Assembly: GCA_016208495.1 (NCBI GenBank)
Contig: JACQXX010000072.1
Coordinates: 1-64,000, forward strand
Source of the DNA: Acidobacteriota bacterium
GTDB taxonomy: Bacteria > Acidobacteriota > Blastocatellia > Chloracidobacteriales > Chloracidobacteriaceae
DNA length: 64,000 bases
Direction: 5' to 3'
Shown: positions 18,903-27,989 of the stretch, one piece after another
Position numbering within the stretch: position 1 is the first letter of the stretch
Layout of the letters: each line of letters starts with the position of its first letter
Program-made: the position numbers and the translations under genes
The notes under the pieces: model-generated
The model's database searches: none
Seen by the model: only the letters and a program-made list of their open reading frames with translations
What the model was told of the DNA's origin: nothing

Positions 18903-20176
18903 TACTCCTCTGGGGAAAGAAACGTTGGCACTGTCAAAGCTGAGTATTCAGTGCTTTGGGATGAGAGTCTTGTAAAATACCCACTGGCGCTGCCTCCGAT
19001 CAAGTACACTCCGTAGTTTGGGATCCGTCCCAGATCATCGCACTGTGCCTCAAAAAACCGCTGGGCCACAAAATGCTGAGGAATTGCCAGATCCAGCGAC
19101 CTTTGCCAGGTTTCGGGTGACACAAACGGCCCGCAAATCGTTTCGGCGCCTTCACAGCCATAATCACTTTTCAGAACCCATTGCGATTGTTCTTTCCGAA
19201 GTCGGTCAATCGAAAAATAGCTCAGCCGATGGGTTTCCGGCAGGTAGGTCCGGATCCACGCCTGAGCCGTTTCTGAAAAGAGCGACCGGTATTCCCAAAA
19301 GAACGCCAGTGAGAGTTTATTTTGGGTGATGACCGAGCCGAGCGGATTGACCAGCGTGACTTCGCCAGCCATTTCAGCCGAAATGAGCATTCCAAGCGGT
19401 TCAAACAGCGGTTCCGGGTCGGGGAAGTCTTCGGCATCAGCCCACACGGGGTCCCGTTCACCCCACCAGTCGGTTTTGTAATGTCGGATGATCAGGTCAA
19501 CCGGATGCCCCAGAACTTCAAGTCCACGCCGGGTTCGGCGTAGATTAAACGGAGAGCCAGTGACGACGTTGATCCCGGCGGCCTGGAGCCAGCGCGTATA
19601 GAGCAGAATCATTGACAGGTCTTCAGTCAGTTCGGTTGGATAGATAATTGCGACCGATGACAGAGGCTGGTCGGTGCGTTTGGCGTGGCTTTCACGCAGC
19701 ATCCGCAGAAAGCTGGCTTCAAACCGGGTATTGGGATCAATCACCGTACCGTGGGCAGCGTGCAAAAGTTGATTGAGCAAGACGGCTTCGGGTTCGCCGG
19801 AGGGGGTATCGCTGTTGAGTTCACAACATTGAATTTGGCCGTTGGGGAGCACAAACAAATCGGCGCGGGCAATGCCGTGCCAGAGTCCGCCGGATGATTC
19901 CCACATGGCCTGCTGAAATGGGGTCAGTTCATAGAAATCACTCATTAAGGTTGGGCGGTGAAGCAGGATTTCAACCAGTTCCTGATGAAGATAGGCCACG
20001 CCTTCGGCAGCTTCATCGAGGGCATCAGCCTGGTTCTGAGACAGGATAACCCCTTGTAATGAAAAGCGTTCACGGCCATCAATCCAGGGATCGGACAGAA
20101 TTCCGGTGTTGTAAATGGCCTGGGCAAAATCGAAGTAGGTTGGAAAACTGAGTGGTAAGGGTGAAAGTTGAATCAT
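18902..20176 (-). CDS. Glutathionylspermidine synthase-family (YgiC/YjfC-like, circularly permuted ATP-grasp) amidoligase
   Basis: It is 424 aa. The internal QCCELNSDTPSG region and overall length fit the GSP-synth family pre-ATP-grasp/ATP-grasp pattern. This is recognition by memory, not a search. Confidence 0.6.
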   Translation of the reverse strand: MIQLSPLPLSFPTYFDFAQAIYNTGILSDPWIDGRERFSLQGVILSQNQADALDEAAEGVAYLHQELVEILLHRPTLMSDFYELTPFQQAMWESSGGLWHGIARADLFVLPNGQIQCCELNSDTPSGEPEAVLLNQLLHAAHGTVIDPNTRFEASFLRMLRESHAKRTDQPLSSVAIIYPTELTEDLSMILLYTRWLQAAGINVVTGSPFNLRRTRRGLEVLGHPVDLIIRHYKTDWWGERDPVWADAEDFPDPEPLFEPLGMLISAEMAGEVTLVNPLGSVITQNKLSLAFFWEYRSLFSETAQAWIRTYLPETHRLSYFSIDRLRKEQSQWVLKSDYGCEGAETICGPFVSPETWQRSLDLAIPQHFVAQRFFEAQCDDLGRIPNYGVYLIGGSASGYFTRLSSQSTEYSALTVPTFLSPEE

Positions 20177-20443
20177 AAGGCAAATCAGTCAATCGTGGGG
20201 TGTCAGTCATTCCTAAAGTTTTATTGAGTCGGGGCTTAAACAATCTGCAACAGCAAAAAAATGAATGGGACGTACCAGAGGCCGAATCTATCATCTGGTG
20301 AATGAAAGAAACAAATTGCATTCTGACCAGATCTCTTCAGAATATGAATCCAGAGGGTATCCTTAACTGATGTACCGTGTTCAGAGTTCCGTTTTCAGAT
20401 GAGTACTGGTTGGATGGGAAGGTTTTTTTGACAGGAGCTTGTT

Positions 20444-21979
20444 ATGGGGGAAAAGGAAATGAAAAACACATATCTGGAGCAGGTCAAAGCCGAACAGCAG
20501 CAAGTCGAAGTGGATTTACGCGCCAAGCGTGGGCGTCAACCGGAAATGGCCGTTCCCAATCGAGCCGCCATGGCGGCATCGCTCGCCCCGCAGGGAATGG
20601 CCGGCCCACCGGCTGATTTTGAGATGGCCTTCGTCCAGTCAGCACCGGTATTGGCCCCCGCGCTGGATGTCCGCGTGGTTGGGTTTTGGCGCTGGAAGAC
20701 GGTGATTGTCCCGCCCAATGCCTACGTGGTGCACACCCGCCGGGGCTACCCCGACCCGTTGCACATCGGACTTGGCATTTCCTTTGGTTTCAATCCGTAT
20801 TCTGATTCCTATCTGGTCGTGCCGTCGGCGATGCAGACGATTTTGATCAATGCCAATTGTATCTGCCGCGAATTGCAAGGGTTGCTGGTCCAGGGCTATG
20901 TCCAGTGGATCATCGGTGATTTTGCCACGGCCTACAAAAAGCTGGATTTTTCCGATCTGGTTGACCCCATGCGGATTGTCAACGTGCAGTTGCGCGAACA
21001 GGCCGAAGCGGCCATCAAAGACAAAGTCGCGACCATGAGCATTGACGATGTGCTGTCAGACAAACAGCCGATTATCCAGGAATTGACGGCTCGACTCCGG
21101 CAAGTGGCTGAAGGGGAAGGGGATAGCGATAGCGGATTGGGATTGCGGATTGTCACGGTTCAAATCAAGGAAGCCGTGGTGAGTTCAACGCGCCTCTGGG
21201 AAAACCTCCAGGAACCATTTCGCGCCGACCGTGCCCGGATTGCCAACCTGGCCAAACTCGAAGCCGAATCAGTCATTAAGGCCGAAGAACTCAAACACGA
21301 GCAAACGCGCTCTGTGACGGAAATGGAAAGCAAGAGCGAACTGGCGCGGATTCGAGCGGCCAAGGAAGCCGAAGTCTTTGACCGCGAACAGGCCGAAAAA
21401 GCCCGCCGCCACCAGAAAGAACAGGAAGTCGCGCGGGCGACGCTCCTGGAACGCAACATCACGCTCAAGCAGGAACAAAAATCAAAGCGCGAACTTGAAG
21501 AAGCCACGATTGAGAATTCAATTGCTCTGGCTAAAGCCAATGCCAAACTCGAACAGGAACGGCTGGACCACGAATTTGCCCGCGAACGAATGAAGCTCAC
21601 TGAGATGTTGACCCGCCGGGACACCGAGTTTCACAACGCCCTGGCGCAGCAAGCCGCTCAAAACGAAGCCAAAAACAAACAGGCCCGACACGAACTGGAC
21701 CTGAAATCAGCGGCACAAGACATTGAGAACAACCTCTCCGATGCGTTCTTGCACCGGGAATTGATCCACAGGCTGCCCGAAATGCTGGAGCACCTGCCCA
21801 AACCGGACGAATTGCGATCAGTTTCGATTGGTTCGAGCACGGATGGCGCCGCCGGACAATCGCTGGTGTCGTTTGTCGGCCAAATCCTGAGTCTGGCCGA
21901 AGCCTTTGGCTTCACGCGGAATCGTTCGACGCCGCACCCGATGGCCGACCAGCTTGCCAACCCCGAATCGGAAGAATAG
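20444..21979 (+). CDS. SPFH/band-7 (flotillin-like) protein with a long EA-rich coiled coil
   Basis: The N-terminal SPFH core is VVPPNAYVVHTRRG...LVVPSAMQTI...VQGYVQWIIGDFA. It is followed by ~200 aa of E/A/K/R-rich heptad sequence typical of flotillins. AGGAG lies 8 nt upstream. Confidence 0.85.
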   Translation: MGEKEMKNTYLEQVKAEQQQVEVDLRAKRGRQPEMAVPNRAAMAASLAPQGMAGPPADFEMAFVQSAPVLAPALDVRVVGFWRWKTVIVPPNAYVVHTRRGYPDPLHIGLGISFGFNPYSDSYLVVPSAMQTILINANCICRELQGLLVQGYVQWIIGDFATAYKKLDFSDLVDPMRIVNVQLREQAEAAIKDKVATMSIDDVLSDKQPIIQELTARLRQVAEGEGDSDSGLGLRIVTVQIKEAVVSSTRLWENLQEPFRADRARIANLAKLEAESVIKAEELKHEQTRSVTEMESKSELARIRAAKEAEVFDREQAEKARRHQKEQEVARATLLERNITLKQEQKSKRELEEATIENSIALAKANAKLEQERLDHEFARERMKLTEMLTRRDTEFHNALAQQAAQNEAKNKQARHELDLKSAAQDIENNLSDAFLHRELIHRLPEMLEHLPKPDELRSVSIGSSTDGAAGQSLVSFVGQILSLAEAFGFTRNRSTPHPMADQLANPESEE

Positions 21980-22028
21980 CTTGGGGAAAAGTTGAGAAAT
22001 CAAACTTTCGCTTGCTGAATCTGGCGAG

Positions 22029-22196
22029 TTATCCGGCCCAGGGATTCGTTGGCTTCAGATCAATATCCACTATCACAAGTTCACCCTGGGTCAGGTCATC
22101 GGTCAGTGCCGCTTTGGCCTTGGAAACGGCGATTTCTTTGGTTTCTGCTTCAATGTGGAAGTCAGGAAAACCAGGGGCTGATAAGTACCTTGCCAT
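22029..22196 (-). CDS. Small HicB-like/UPF0150-like protein (55 aa), no partner toxin found
   Basis: I translated this manually as MARYLSAPGFPDFHIEAETKEIAVSKAKAALTDDLTQGELVIVDIDLKPTNPWAG. The FPD...G.T.EEA...A..AL pattern resembles the HicB antitoxin N-domain. It is below the 60-aa ORF-track cutoff. Confidence 0.3.
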   Translation of the reverse strand: MARYLSAPGFPDFHIEAETKEIAVSKAKAALTDDLTQGELVIVDIDLKPTNPWAG

Positions 22197-22475
22197 AAGT
22201 TTCCTGAGATATTGGATTGGGTAAGTGTTTGATTCTTTTCGTGTAGTTCGTGTGTTTCGTGGTTTAAAATGTCTGGAAATTTTCGGTAAGGTACTTAAGT
22301 CCTTTGGTTCGTGATGAGGAAGTTTCCAAAATCAATGTCATCACGGGATTTGTGACAGGAACAATTTTTTTTCCACAAACTGAGTTGAAACTGGAATCTT
22401 TGTGTTCCGTCAAGAACACTGGCTATTGCATTACTTTGCTACTTCACTCTTTTTGCTATTTCGCTCTTTCACTTC

Positions 22476-23063
22476 CTACTGCTTTTTCGGTGCCGGATTT
22501 TGCTCCAGGTAGGTTCGGGCGCCGTTCAAGGCTTCCTGAGCAACGGCGTAGGCCGTCGTCATGGCGCGGTCTTCGTCACGGGTCAGGGTGTCGCCATAAG
22601 ACTTTCGGAGCAACAATAACCGGTTCATCTGTGCTTCCAGGCCGTTCTTTAAGAGTCCAACCGCTTTGTTGAGCAAGGCATTTTTGGGATCGCGGTCAAA
22701 GGCGTCATCGAGTTTGTCTTCGAGTTCTTCGATGACGTGCTGGTAGTTGGCCAGGAGTTCGGCCCGTGTTCCAGTCGGCGGCGGCCCCCATTTTTCGGCT
22801 TCCTCGGCCCGTTTGGCCTGTTCTTTTTTGGCTTTCTTTGGATCGGTCGGAAGAGGCGCTTCGGCTTTGCTCGGGTCAGCCAGAACCTCCAGGGCTTTTA
22901 AGCGGCGGTCGGCGATTTTGAGAAAAACTTCGGTGCGCCGGTCAATTTCCTGGGCTTCACGGACCAGGTCGGCTTCCTGTGGATTGAGGTGGTCGTGGTG
23001 TTTTTGGGTCGGGGTGGCAAGAGGCAGGCACAAAGCCAGAACGCAAAATAGAACGTGGAGCAT
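22476..23063 (-). CDS. Secreted hypothetical protein, helical and Lys/Glu-rich
   Basis: The start was chosen at MLHVLFCVLALCLPLATP (signal peptide) with AAGGA 8 nt upstream. The listed longer ORF begins in non-coding sequence. Confidence 0.55.
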   Translation of the reverse strand: MLHVLFCVLALCLPLATPTQKHHDHLNPQEADLVREAQEIDRRTEVFLKIADRRLKALEVLADPSKAEAPLPTDPKKAKKEQAKRAEEAEKWGPPPTGTRAELLANYQHVIEELEDKLDDAFDRDPKNALLNKAVGLLKNGLEAQMNRLLLLRKSYGDTLTRDEDRAMTTAYAVAQEALNGARTYLEQNPAPKKQ

Positions 23064-23084
23064 ACGTGAGTCCTTCGAAGGTGT

Positions 23085-23200
23085 GAGTGGTATTACCATT
23101 GTGCAATGACGTGCTTGTATTAGAAAATAGTCAAGTGATTCAATCAAATGAACTGAGCGAACTACTGACTACTGACTGCTGACTACAAACTGGTATGATA
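23085..23200 (+). promoter_or_regulatory. Conserved gene-upstream element, copy B (ATTACCATTGTGCAATGACGTGCTTGTATTAGAAAATAGTCAAGTGATTCAA...[CTGACTA]3...CAAACTGGTATGAT)
   Basis: It aligns with copies A and C and has 3 heptamer copies, one of them CTGACTG. Confidence 0.5.
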
Positions 23201-23510
23201 AATTGAAGATACCACACGAGAGTCTTCCGCACTGCAATGTGTTGCCCATCAGATCGGTTGACCTGAAATTCAAAACTGTAAAAACCTACCATCAGAAAAA
23301 AAGCACTTCACTCCAGTCGAAAAGCCAGCATCGTTTTCAAGGTTTTGAAACTCTCAGTCTAAATCCACGTGAAAAATAATACTTCAGCACTTTAAGCCTG
23401 TCTGGTGTCTCCGCCTGAGTGTCATGCCTCGCGAAAGGCTCAAGTCTCACGCTTCCGTGAACCTTGGGAATGATCAACTGTCGGTGTTTTATCATTCAAA
23501 GGGCCGATGT

Positions 23511-25856
23511 ATGTTTAAAAAAGTGTTATTTGGGTTGTGTTTTGTTTGTCTGTCAGGCGCGATGTCCCTGACCGGACAAATCATCAGTAAACCGTCTCCA
23601 CCAGTACTGAATGGAATGCCTCAAGGGAGAAACTCCCCGCTCGCTTCCAATGTCGTTATCCCTCAAGTTTCCCGTGTATTTAACACCGCCTCGGGTGAAT
23701 ATTCGCCCGTTGAAATCAGCGAAGTACAGGCTGATATTGGCTTGATTGAACAAATTGCCGCCACCACCTTGACCATAACACTCAAAAATATTAGTTCCAC
23801 GCCACAACAAACTGAGCTGGTGGTTCCAGTTCCGGACGGTGCGGTTGTTCGGTCGTTAAGTATCGAACCTGCCGAAAAAAATACCTCTTCCACGGCAGAA
23901 CCACCCAAAACATTGACCGGTAAAGTCTTGCCGTTGGAAGAAGCCAAATCTCTGTACACGGCAATCGTCAACAAAATGAAAGACCCGGCACTGGTCGAGT
24001 TTGCCGGGTACAATTTGATTCGGTCAAATGTGTTTCCAGTTCCGGCAAATGGGAGTGTGAAACTGAAACTGGTGTTTGAAAACGTGCTGAAAGCTGAAGG
24101 GAACCGTGTGGATTATATTTTGCCTCGTAGTGAGCGAATTGATGCGGCTGAAATTCCCTGGAAACTCAAGGCGGTAATCCAGTCCCGACGAACCATTGTC
24201 ACCGTGTATTCGCCGTCACATTACCTTACAACCGAACAGCCGGAACCGGGCGTGGTTGTGGCTCAAACCATTGGTGACGGCAAGGGTGCGCCGGGTCCGT
24301 TTCGACTGTCATATCTCCTTGAAGGAGAGGGACTTTCCGCCACGTCCCTTGCCTATCCAAATCCAAATGGGCAAGGTGGCTATTTTATGTTGTTGGGTGG
24401 GATTCCGATCACGGCCAAATCAAAAGCCCATGAACATGCACCTGCGTTGACCAAGGAAATCACGTTTGTCCTGGATCGCTCAGGCAGCATGGCCGGTCAA
24501 AAAATTGAGCAAGCCAAAGCCGCTGCGTTGCAAGTGCTGGAGTCCATTCCAATGGGTGAGCCCTTCAACATCGTTGATTTTTCAGATCGGGTTGCTCAAT
24601 TCAGTTCAAAACCAGTGGAGAAAACCGAAGAAACCGTACACCTGGCGCGACAATATATCTCAAGGATTCAGAGTAGTGGTGGAACCAACATTGACGGGGC
24701 GCTCCAAACAGCATTGAAACAACCTGTATCGGAAAAAATTTCACTTCCGGTTGTCCTGTTTTTGACTGATGGATGCCCAACATCGGGCGTAACCAGCGAA
24801 GTGGAAATTCGCCAAAATGCGCTTACCTCTAACCAGGCAAAACGCCGGATCTTTACCTTTGGTGTTGGCTATGATGTCAATTCTCCATTGCTTGACGGAC
24901 TGGCCTCTGACTCAAGGGCTGCCACCACCTTTGTTCAACCCAATGAAGATGTCGAGGTCAAGGTGTCACAGTTGCTCAAGCGATTAGGAAGCCCGTTGAT
25001 GGCAGATCCAAAGCTTGAAGTGTTCAGTGTCCGGGGTGATATCATGTCACAAAGCGTGCGGGAGATTTTCCCGGCCAAACTCAACGACATTTATGAAAAT
25101 GATCAGTTGGTATTGATTGGAAAATACCAAACCAGCGGGCCACTGGTCTTTCGGGTGAGTGGAAATTATTTGGGTGCTCCGGAAGCATTCATTTTTAACT
25201 TTGGATTTGATCGAGCGAGTCGCCAAAATTCATTTATCCCACGGTTATGGGCCAGTCGAAAAATTGCCAGTCTGGTTCAAGATATCACCAAAGCTGGCGC
25301 CAACCCGGCGACGGCAGCCAAAGACCCACGATTGAAGGAATTGACAGACGAAATTGTCCGACTCTCGATGGAGTTTGGGATATTGACCGAATACACCGCG
25401 TTCCTGGCCACTGAAACCACCGATCTCACCCGACGGGAAGAAGTCTTGAACCGGGTTCAAAACGAACTGGTTCACAATGCTCAGCAAACCAGAACCGGGG
25501 TTGGAGGAATGACCCAGGTTGCCAACAATGTTTCTCAGCGGACGCAATCCACGTTGAACTACTCCAACGCCTATGTGACGCAGCAAAACGAGAGAACACA
25601 AATTCAAAACGTCAGGCAGGTTCACGATCAAACGCTGTTCCGACGTTCCAATGGTTGGGTTGATGCCCGGTTACTCAATATCAAAACGCTCAAAGCCGAT
25701 CAGGTCATTGAATTCGGCACTCCAGAGTATTTTGGCCTGGTCGAAAAATTGAGCCGGGAGGGAAGGCAGGGACTGCTGGCTGACCCCAATGATGTCTTTT
25801 TGTCAGTGGAAGGGAAGGTCGTTCAGGTGAAAATGCCCGGTCAGAAAGGGAAGTAA
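23511..25856 (+). CDS. Secreted VIT-domain plus von Willebrand factor type A (vWA) domain protein
   Basis: It has the signal peptide MFKKVLFGLCFVCLSGAMS. The vWA MIDAS signature is FVLDRSGSMAG...SGGTNIDGAL...LFLTDGCPTSG. An N-terminal ~150-aa VIT-like region precedes it. Confidence 0.8.
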   Translation: MFKKVLFGLCFVCLSGAMSLTGQIISKPSPPVLNGMPQGRNSPLASNVVIPQVSRVFNTASGEYSPVEISEVQADIGLIEQIAATTLTITLKNISSTPQQTELVVPVPDGAVVRSLSIEPAEKNTSSTAEPPKTLTGKVLPLEEAKSLYTAIVNKMKDPALVEFAGYNLIRSNVFPVPANGSVKLKLVFENVLKAEGNRVDYILPRSERIDAAEIPWKLKAVIQSRRTIVTVYSPSHYLTTEQPEPGVVVAQTIGDGKGAPGPFRLSYLLEGEGLSATSLAYPNPNGQGGYFMLLGGIPITAKSKAHEHAPALTKEITFVLDRSGSMAGQKIEQAKAAALQVLESIPMGEPFNIVDFSDRVAQFSSKPVEKTEETVHLARQYISRIQSSGGTNIDGALQTALKQPVSEKISLPVVLFLTDGCPTSGVTSEVEIRQNALTSNQAKRRIFTFGVGYDVNSPLLDGLASDSRAATTFVQPNEDVEVKVSQLLKRLGSPLMADPKLEVFSVRGDIMSQSVREIFPAKLNDIYENDQLVLIGKYQTSGPLVFRVSGNYLGAPEAFIFNFGFDRASRQNSFIPRLWASRKIASLVQDITKAGANPATAAKDPRLKELTDEIVRLSMEFGILTEYTAFLATETTDLTRREEVLNRVQNELVHNAQQTRTGVGGMTQVANNVSQRTQSTLNYSNAYVTQQNERTQIQNVRQVHDQTLFRRSNGWVDARLLNIKTLKADQVIEFGTPEYFGLVEKLSREGRQGLLADPNDVFLSVEGKVVQVKMPGQKGK

Positions 25857-25893
25857 GGGACTGTAAAAAACCAACTTCCCGTTTTCTTTTGGG
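25847..25893 (+). terminator. Putative intrinsic terminator / conserved 3' motif GGGACTGTAAAAAACCAACTTCCCGTTTTCTTTTGGG
   Basis: The stem GGGAAGT (25848-25854) pairs with ACTTCCC (25873-25879), followed by the GTTTTCTTTT run. The same motif occurs 25 nt after the stop at 8496 and inverted at 8699-8728. Confidence 0.45.
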
Positions 25894-25894
25894 A

Positions 25895-26145
25895 ATCAGG
25901 TATTTGGATTGAGCATCCCGGAGGGCTGCAGTTCGGATAGCCGGTGGTTGCGAAGCTTTGTGAGCTACCACCGGGAACAGGTTCGTCCTCTCCAGTGCTC
26001 CCCCGCTTCGCCCGCGCCCCCGCAGGGGCGCGGGCGAAGCGGGGGAGCAACAAGGGGGGTAGCCTTTGGATCCGGTGGTAGGCCCAAAGCGGCCAACCGA
26101 CCGGCTATCCGAACTGCAACGCTTCGCGGTGCAAGACCAAAACCT
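25895..26145. repeat. GC-rich multi-hairpin palindromic element (MITE/REP-like)
   Basis: GCAGTTCGGATAGCCGGT (25931-) is the reverse complement of ACCGGCTATCCGAACTGC (26101-). The central hairpin CCCCGCTTCGCCCGCGCCCC-CGCA-GGGGCGCGGGCGAAGCGGGG is perfect over 20 bp. There are additional GGTAGCC...CCGGTGGTAGG stems. Confidence 0.7.
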
Positions 26146-26244
26146 GGACGTGGCAGAACGCGCCCCAGGAACTTATTTTTTAACGCTCCCTAAGGCATTC
26201 AGGGTTCAGGGTCATAAGCGTATTTTCGCCAAGATAAGGAACTT

Positions 26245-26405
26245 TGAGCGTGTTTGAGACAAGGAGACAAGGGGACAAAGGGACAAAGGGACAAAGGGAC
26301 AAGAAAAAACGGATGATCCCATTTCCCGCCCCCCAGCCGGGAGTCATTCCAGTTTGTAGCCGTTGATTTGATGTCTCCCTGTCTCCCTGTCTCCTTGTCT
26401 GGATC
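26245..26405. repeat. Inverted arrays of GACAAGGGGA/GGACAAAGGG with complementary TCTCCCTGTC copies
   Basis: Direct reading. The same unit family recurs at 41440-41460, 58290-58430 and 60430-60460. Confidence 0.85.
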
Positions 26406-26459
26406 GGGTCCTTGTCTCTTAATCCTGGCCTTTATGGGAGTTACAGGTCTGAACCGATA

Positions 26460-27149
26460 CTATTTATATACTCCGCCCACATAATCTCGATGATTCCTAT
26501 CGAGCCACACCTCATCCAGCTTCCATACACCACCAGTCTCTACATAAGTTGCTCGTCCCTGATGCTCGTTCCGATCACTGTAGGGTGCCCAGAGGTTCAG
26601 TCGCTCTCCCAACGGATTGAGTGGTTTCCACTGCCACTGGAAACTCACGACGATGCGGTCAGTGCGCCCTGGAGCATTTTCATAGCGCTCAAAGCCAGGC
26701 AGGTACTCCCGTTGGGCAATGGTGATAATGTACCGATTTGGTTCTTCTTCAAGCTGGTCGGCAAAAGTTTGGCGTCCCGTGTCAGTAAGCTCAATCACTT
26801 TCTCATACATCCCCTGCGAGGTATCGTCCGAGATCGTGACATACTGGAGTCCTTCTAAAATATTGATGGCTGGGAACGGTGGCCGGGCTTCGATGCGGTC
26901 TGGGATTCGCCGTGGACAGGCTGCTTTTCGCACTTCTTGAAATGCCTCCTGGTGCTCAACGTCTTTCTGGACAACTGATGGGGCAATCGGTTGGAGCTTC
27001 TTCGCTGAATTTTGAGGAACGGCATTACCCGCCGGGTCCGATGTTTTTGGGGTGCAGGCTGCAAGGAAGATCAAGAAGGTAAGAAGAAACACACTTGCCC
27101 GTAGAAACCCGGTGATGGTCCGAATGGGAGTGTGCTTCAGGAAGTGCAT
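26460..27149 (-). CDS. Lipoprotein of unknown function
   Basis: The start was chosen at MHFLKH...LTFLIFLAAC (lipobox LAAC). The upstream 23 codons of the listed ORF have no RBS. Confidence 0.55.
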   Translation of the reverse strand: MHFLKHTPIRTITGFLRASVFLLTFLIFLAACTPKTSDPAGNAVPQNSAKKLQPIAPSVVQKDVEHQEAFQEVRKAACPRRIPDRIEARPPFPAINILEGLQYVTISDDTSQGMYEKVIELTDTGRQTFADQLEEEPNRYIITIAQREYLPGFERYENAPGRTDRIVVSFQWQWKPLNPLGERLNLWAPYSDRNEHQGRATYVETGGVWKLDEVWLDRNHRDYVGGVYK

Positions 27150-27241
27150 TGAGGTAAAGCGAGGAAAAATAGGGGGTACCGCCGGAACTTGAATCGAAGA
27201 CCCACCTGCACTTCGCACGTGGGTCTCATTCTATCGCTTCG

Positions 27242-27826
27242 CTATTCTTTGAACGCGTTAATGGCTGTGCTTTCACAGGGTTTGAAGAAATCGCCGCCAA
27301 AGACCACATTTAAGAGTTGCTTGCGCATTCCCTGAACCCGGCTCAGGGTCATTTCCGGCGAGTTATTGCCTTCGTCAAAGGGGCAGGTCCGGGCAATGGC
27401 TTCCAGAAGCGGGAGTTGATGCCGCAATTTGACTTCCATCAATCGAAAGAGCTTATCGCGTTTTTTTGCCTTCATCGGCGACTGGCGGGCATAACACTCC
27501 AGATAGCTTAAAAGCTGGTTATAGGCCGCGAGTGAGCCGTGAACTGAATCAAACTCTTCGGCCTGCATGGCTTGAGCCGCTTGATTGAGCCGGGCCATTC
27601 CAATTTTCAGACCAGCTTCAAGGTGATCTTCCGGGTCATCTTCGTCAATCAAAATTGATTTTTCAGCATCGGTCAGCACAGCGGGAATCTCCATCCCCGC
27701 ACCGGCGGTGCCAGCGGCGGTTGCATAACAAGGGAGTGTCTCAATCCCAAGAATCACCAGGAAAAACAGCCCCCAGACCAGCCAAACCTTTCCGAGAACC
27801 AAATGTTGTGTCTGATGGTGTCGCAT
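27242..27826 (-). CDS. Hypothetical exported protein (194 aa)
   Basis: It has an N-terminal hydrophobic segment and is in the same orientation and closely spaced with the lipoprotein gene downstream. Confidence 0.5.
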   Translation of the reverse strand: MRHHQTQHLVLGKVWLVWGLFFLVILGIETLPCYATAAGTAGAGMEIPAVLTDAEKSILIDEDDPEDHLEAGLKIGMARLNQAAQAMQAEEFDSVHGSLAAYNQLLSYLECYARQSPMKAKKRDKLFRLMEVKLRHQLPLLEAIARTCPFDEGNNSPEMTLSRVQGMRKQLLNVVFGGDFFKPCESTAINAFKE

Positions 27827-27989
27827 GGCGTCCCTCCTTGCTGCTGTGGCCGAGTTCCGTCAGGGGATTGACTGCGATCTTGCATCTTGGGGGACTGGCC
27901 TTATGGTTGGCCGTTGCACCTGAAAAGTTCACCCAGAATGTTTGATCCTGACAAGGCGACTGAGATGGAAGCTCAGCAAGTTGACGAAT

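Noticed and set aside
21160-21624. 154-aa Ser/Arg-rich minus-strand ORF
   Set aside because: It is antisense to the EA-rich coiled-coil of the flotillin gene, a reading-frame artefact of repetitive GAA/GCC codons.
22197-22475. HicA toxin partner upstream of the HicB-like ORF
   Set aside because: The only candidate is a 26-codon minus-strand ORF (MTLILETSSSRTKGLKYLTENFQTF) with no convincing HicA motif. It is not called.
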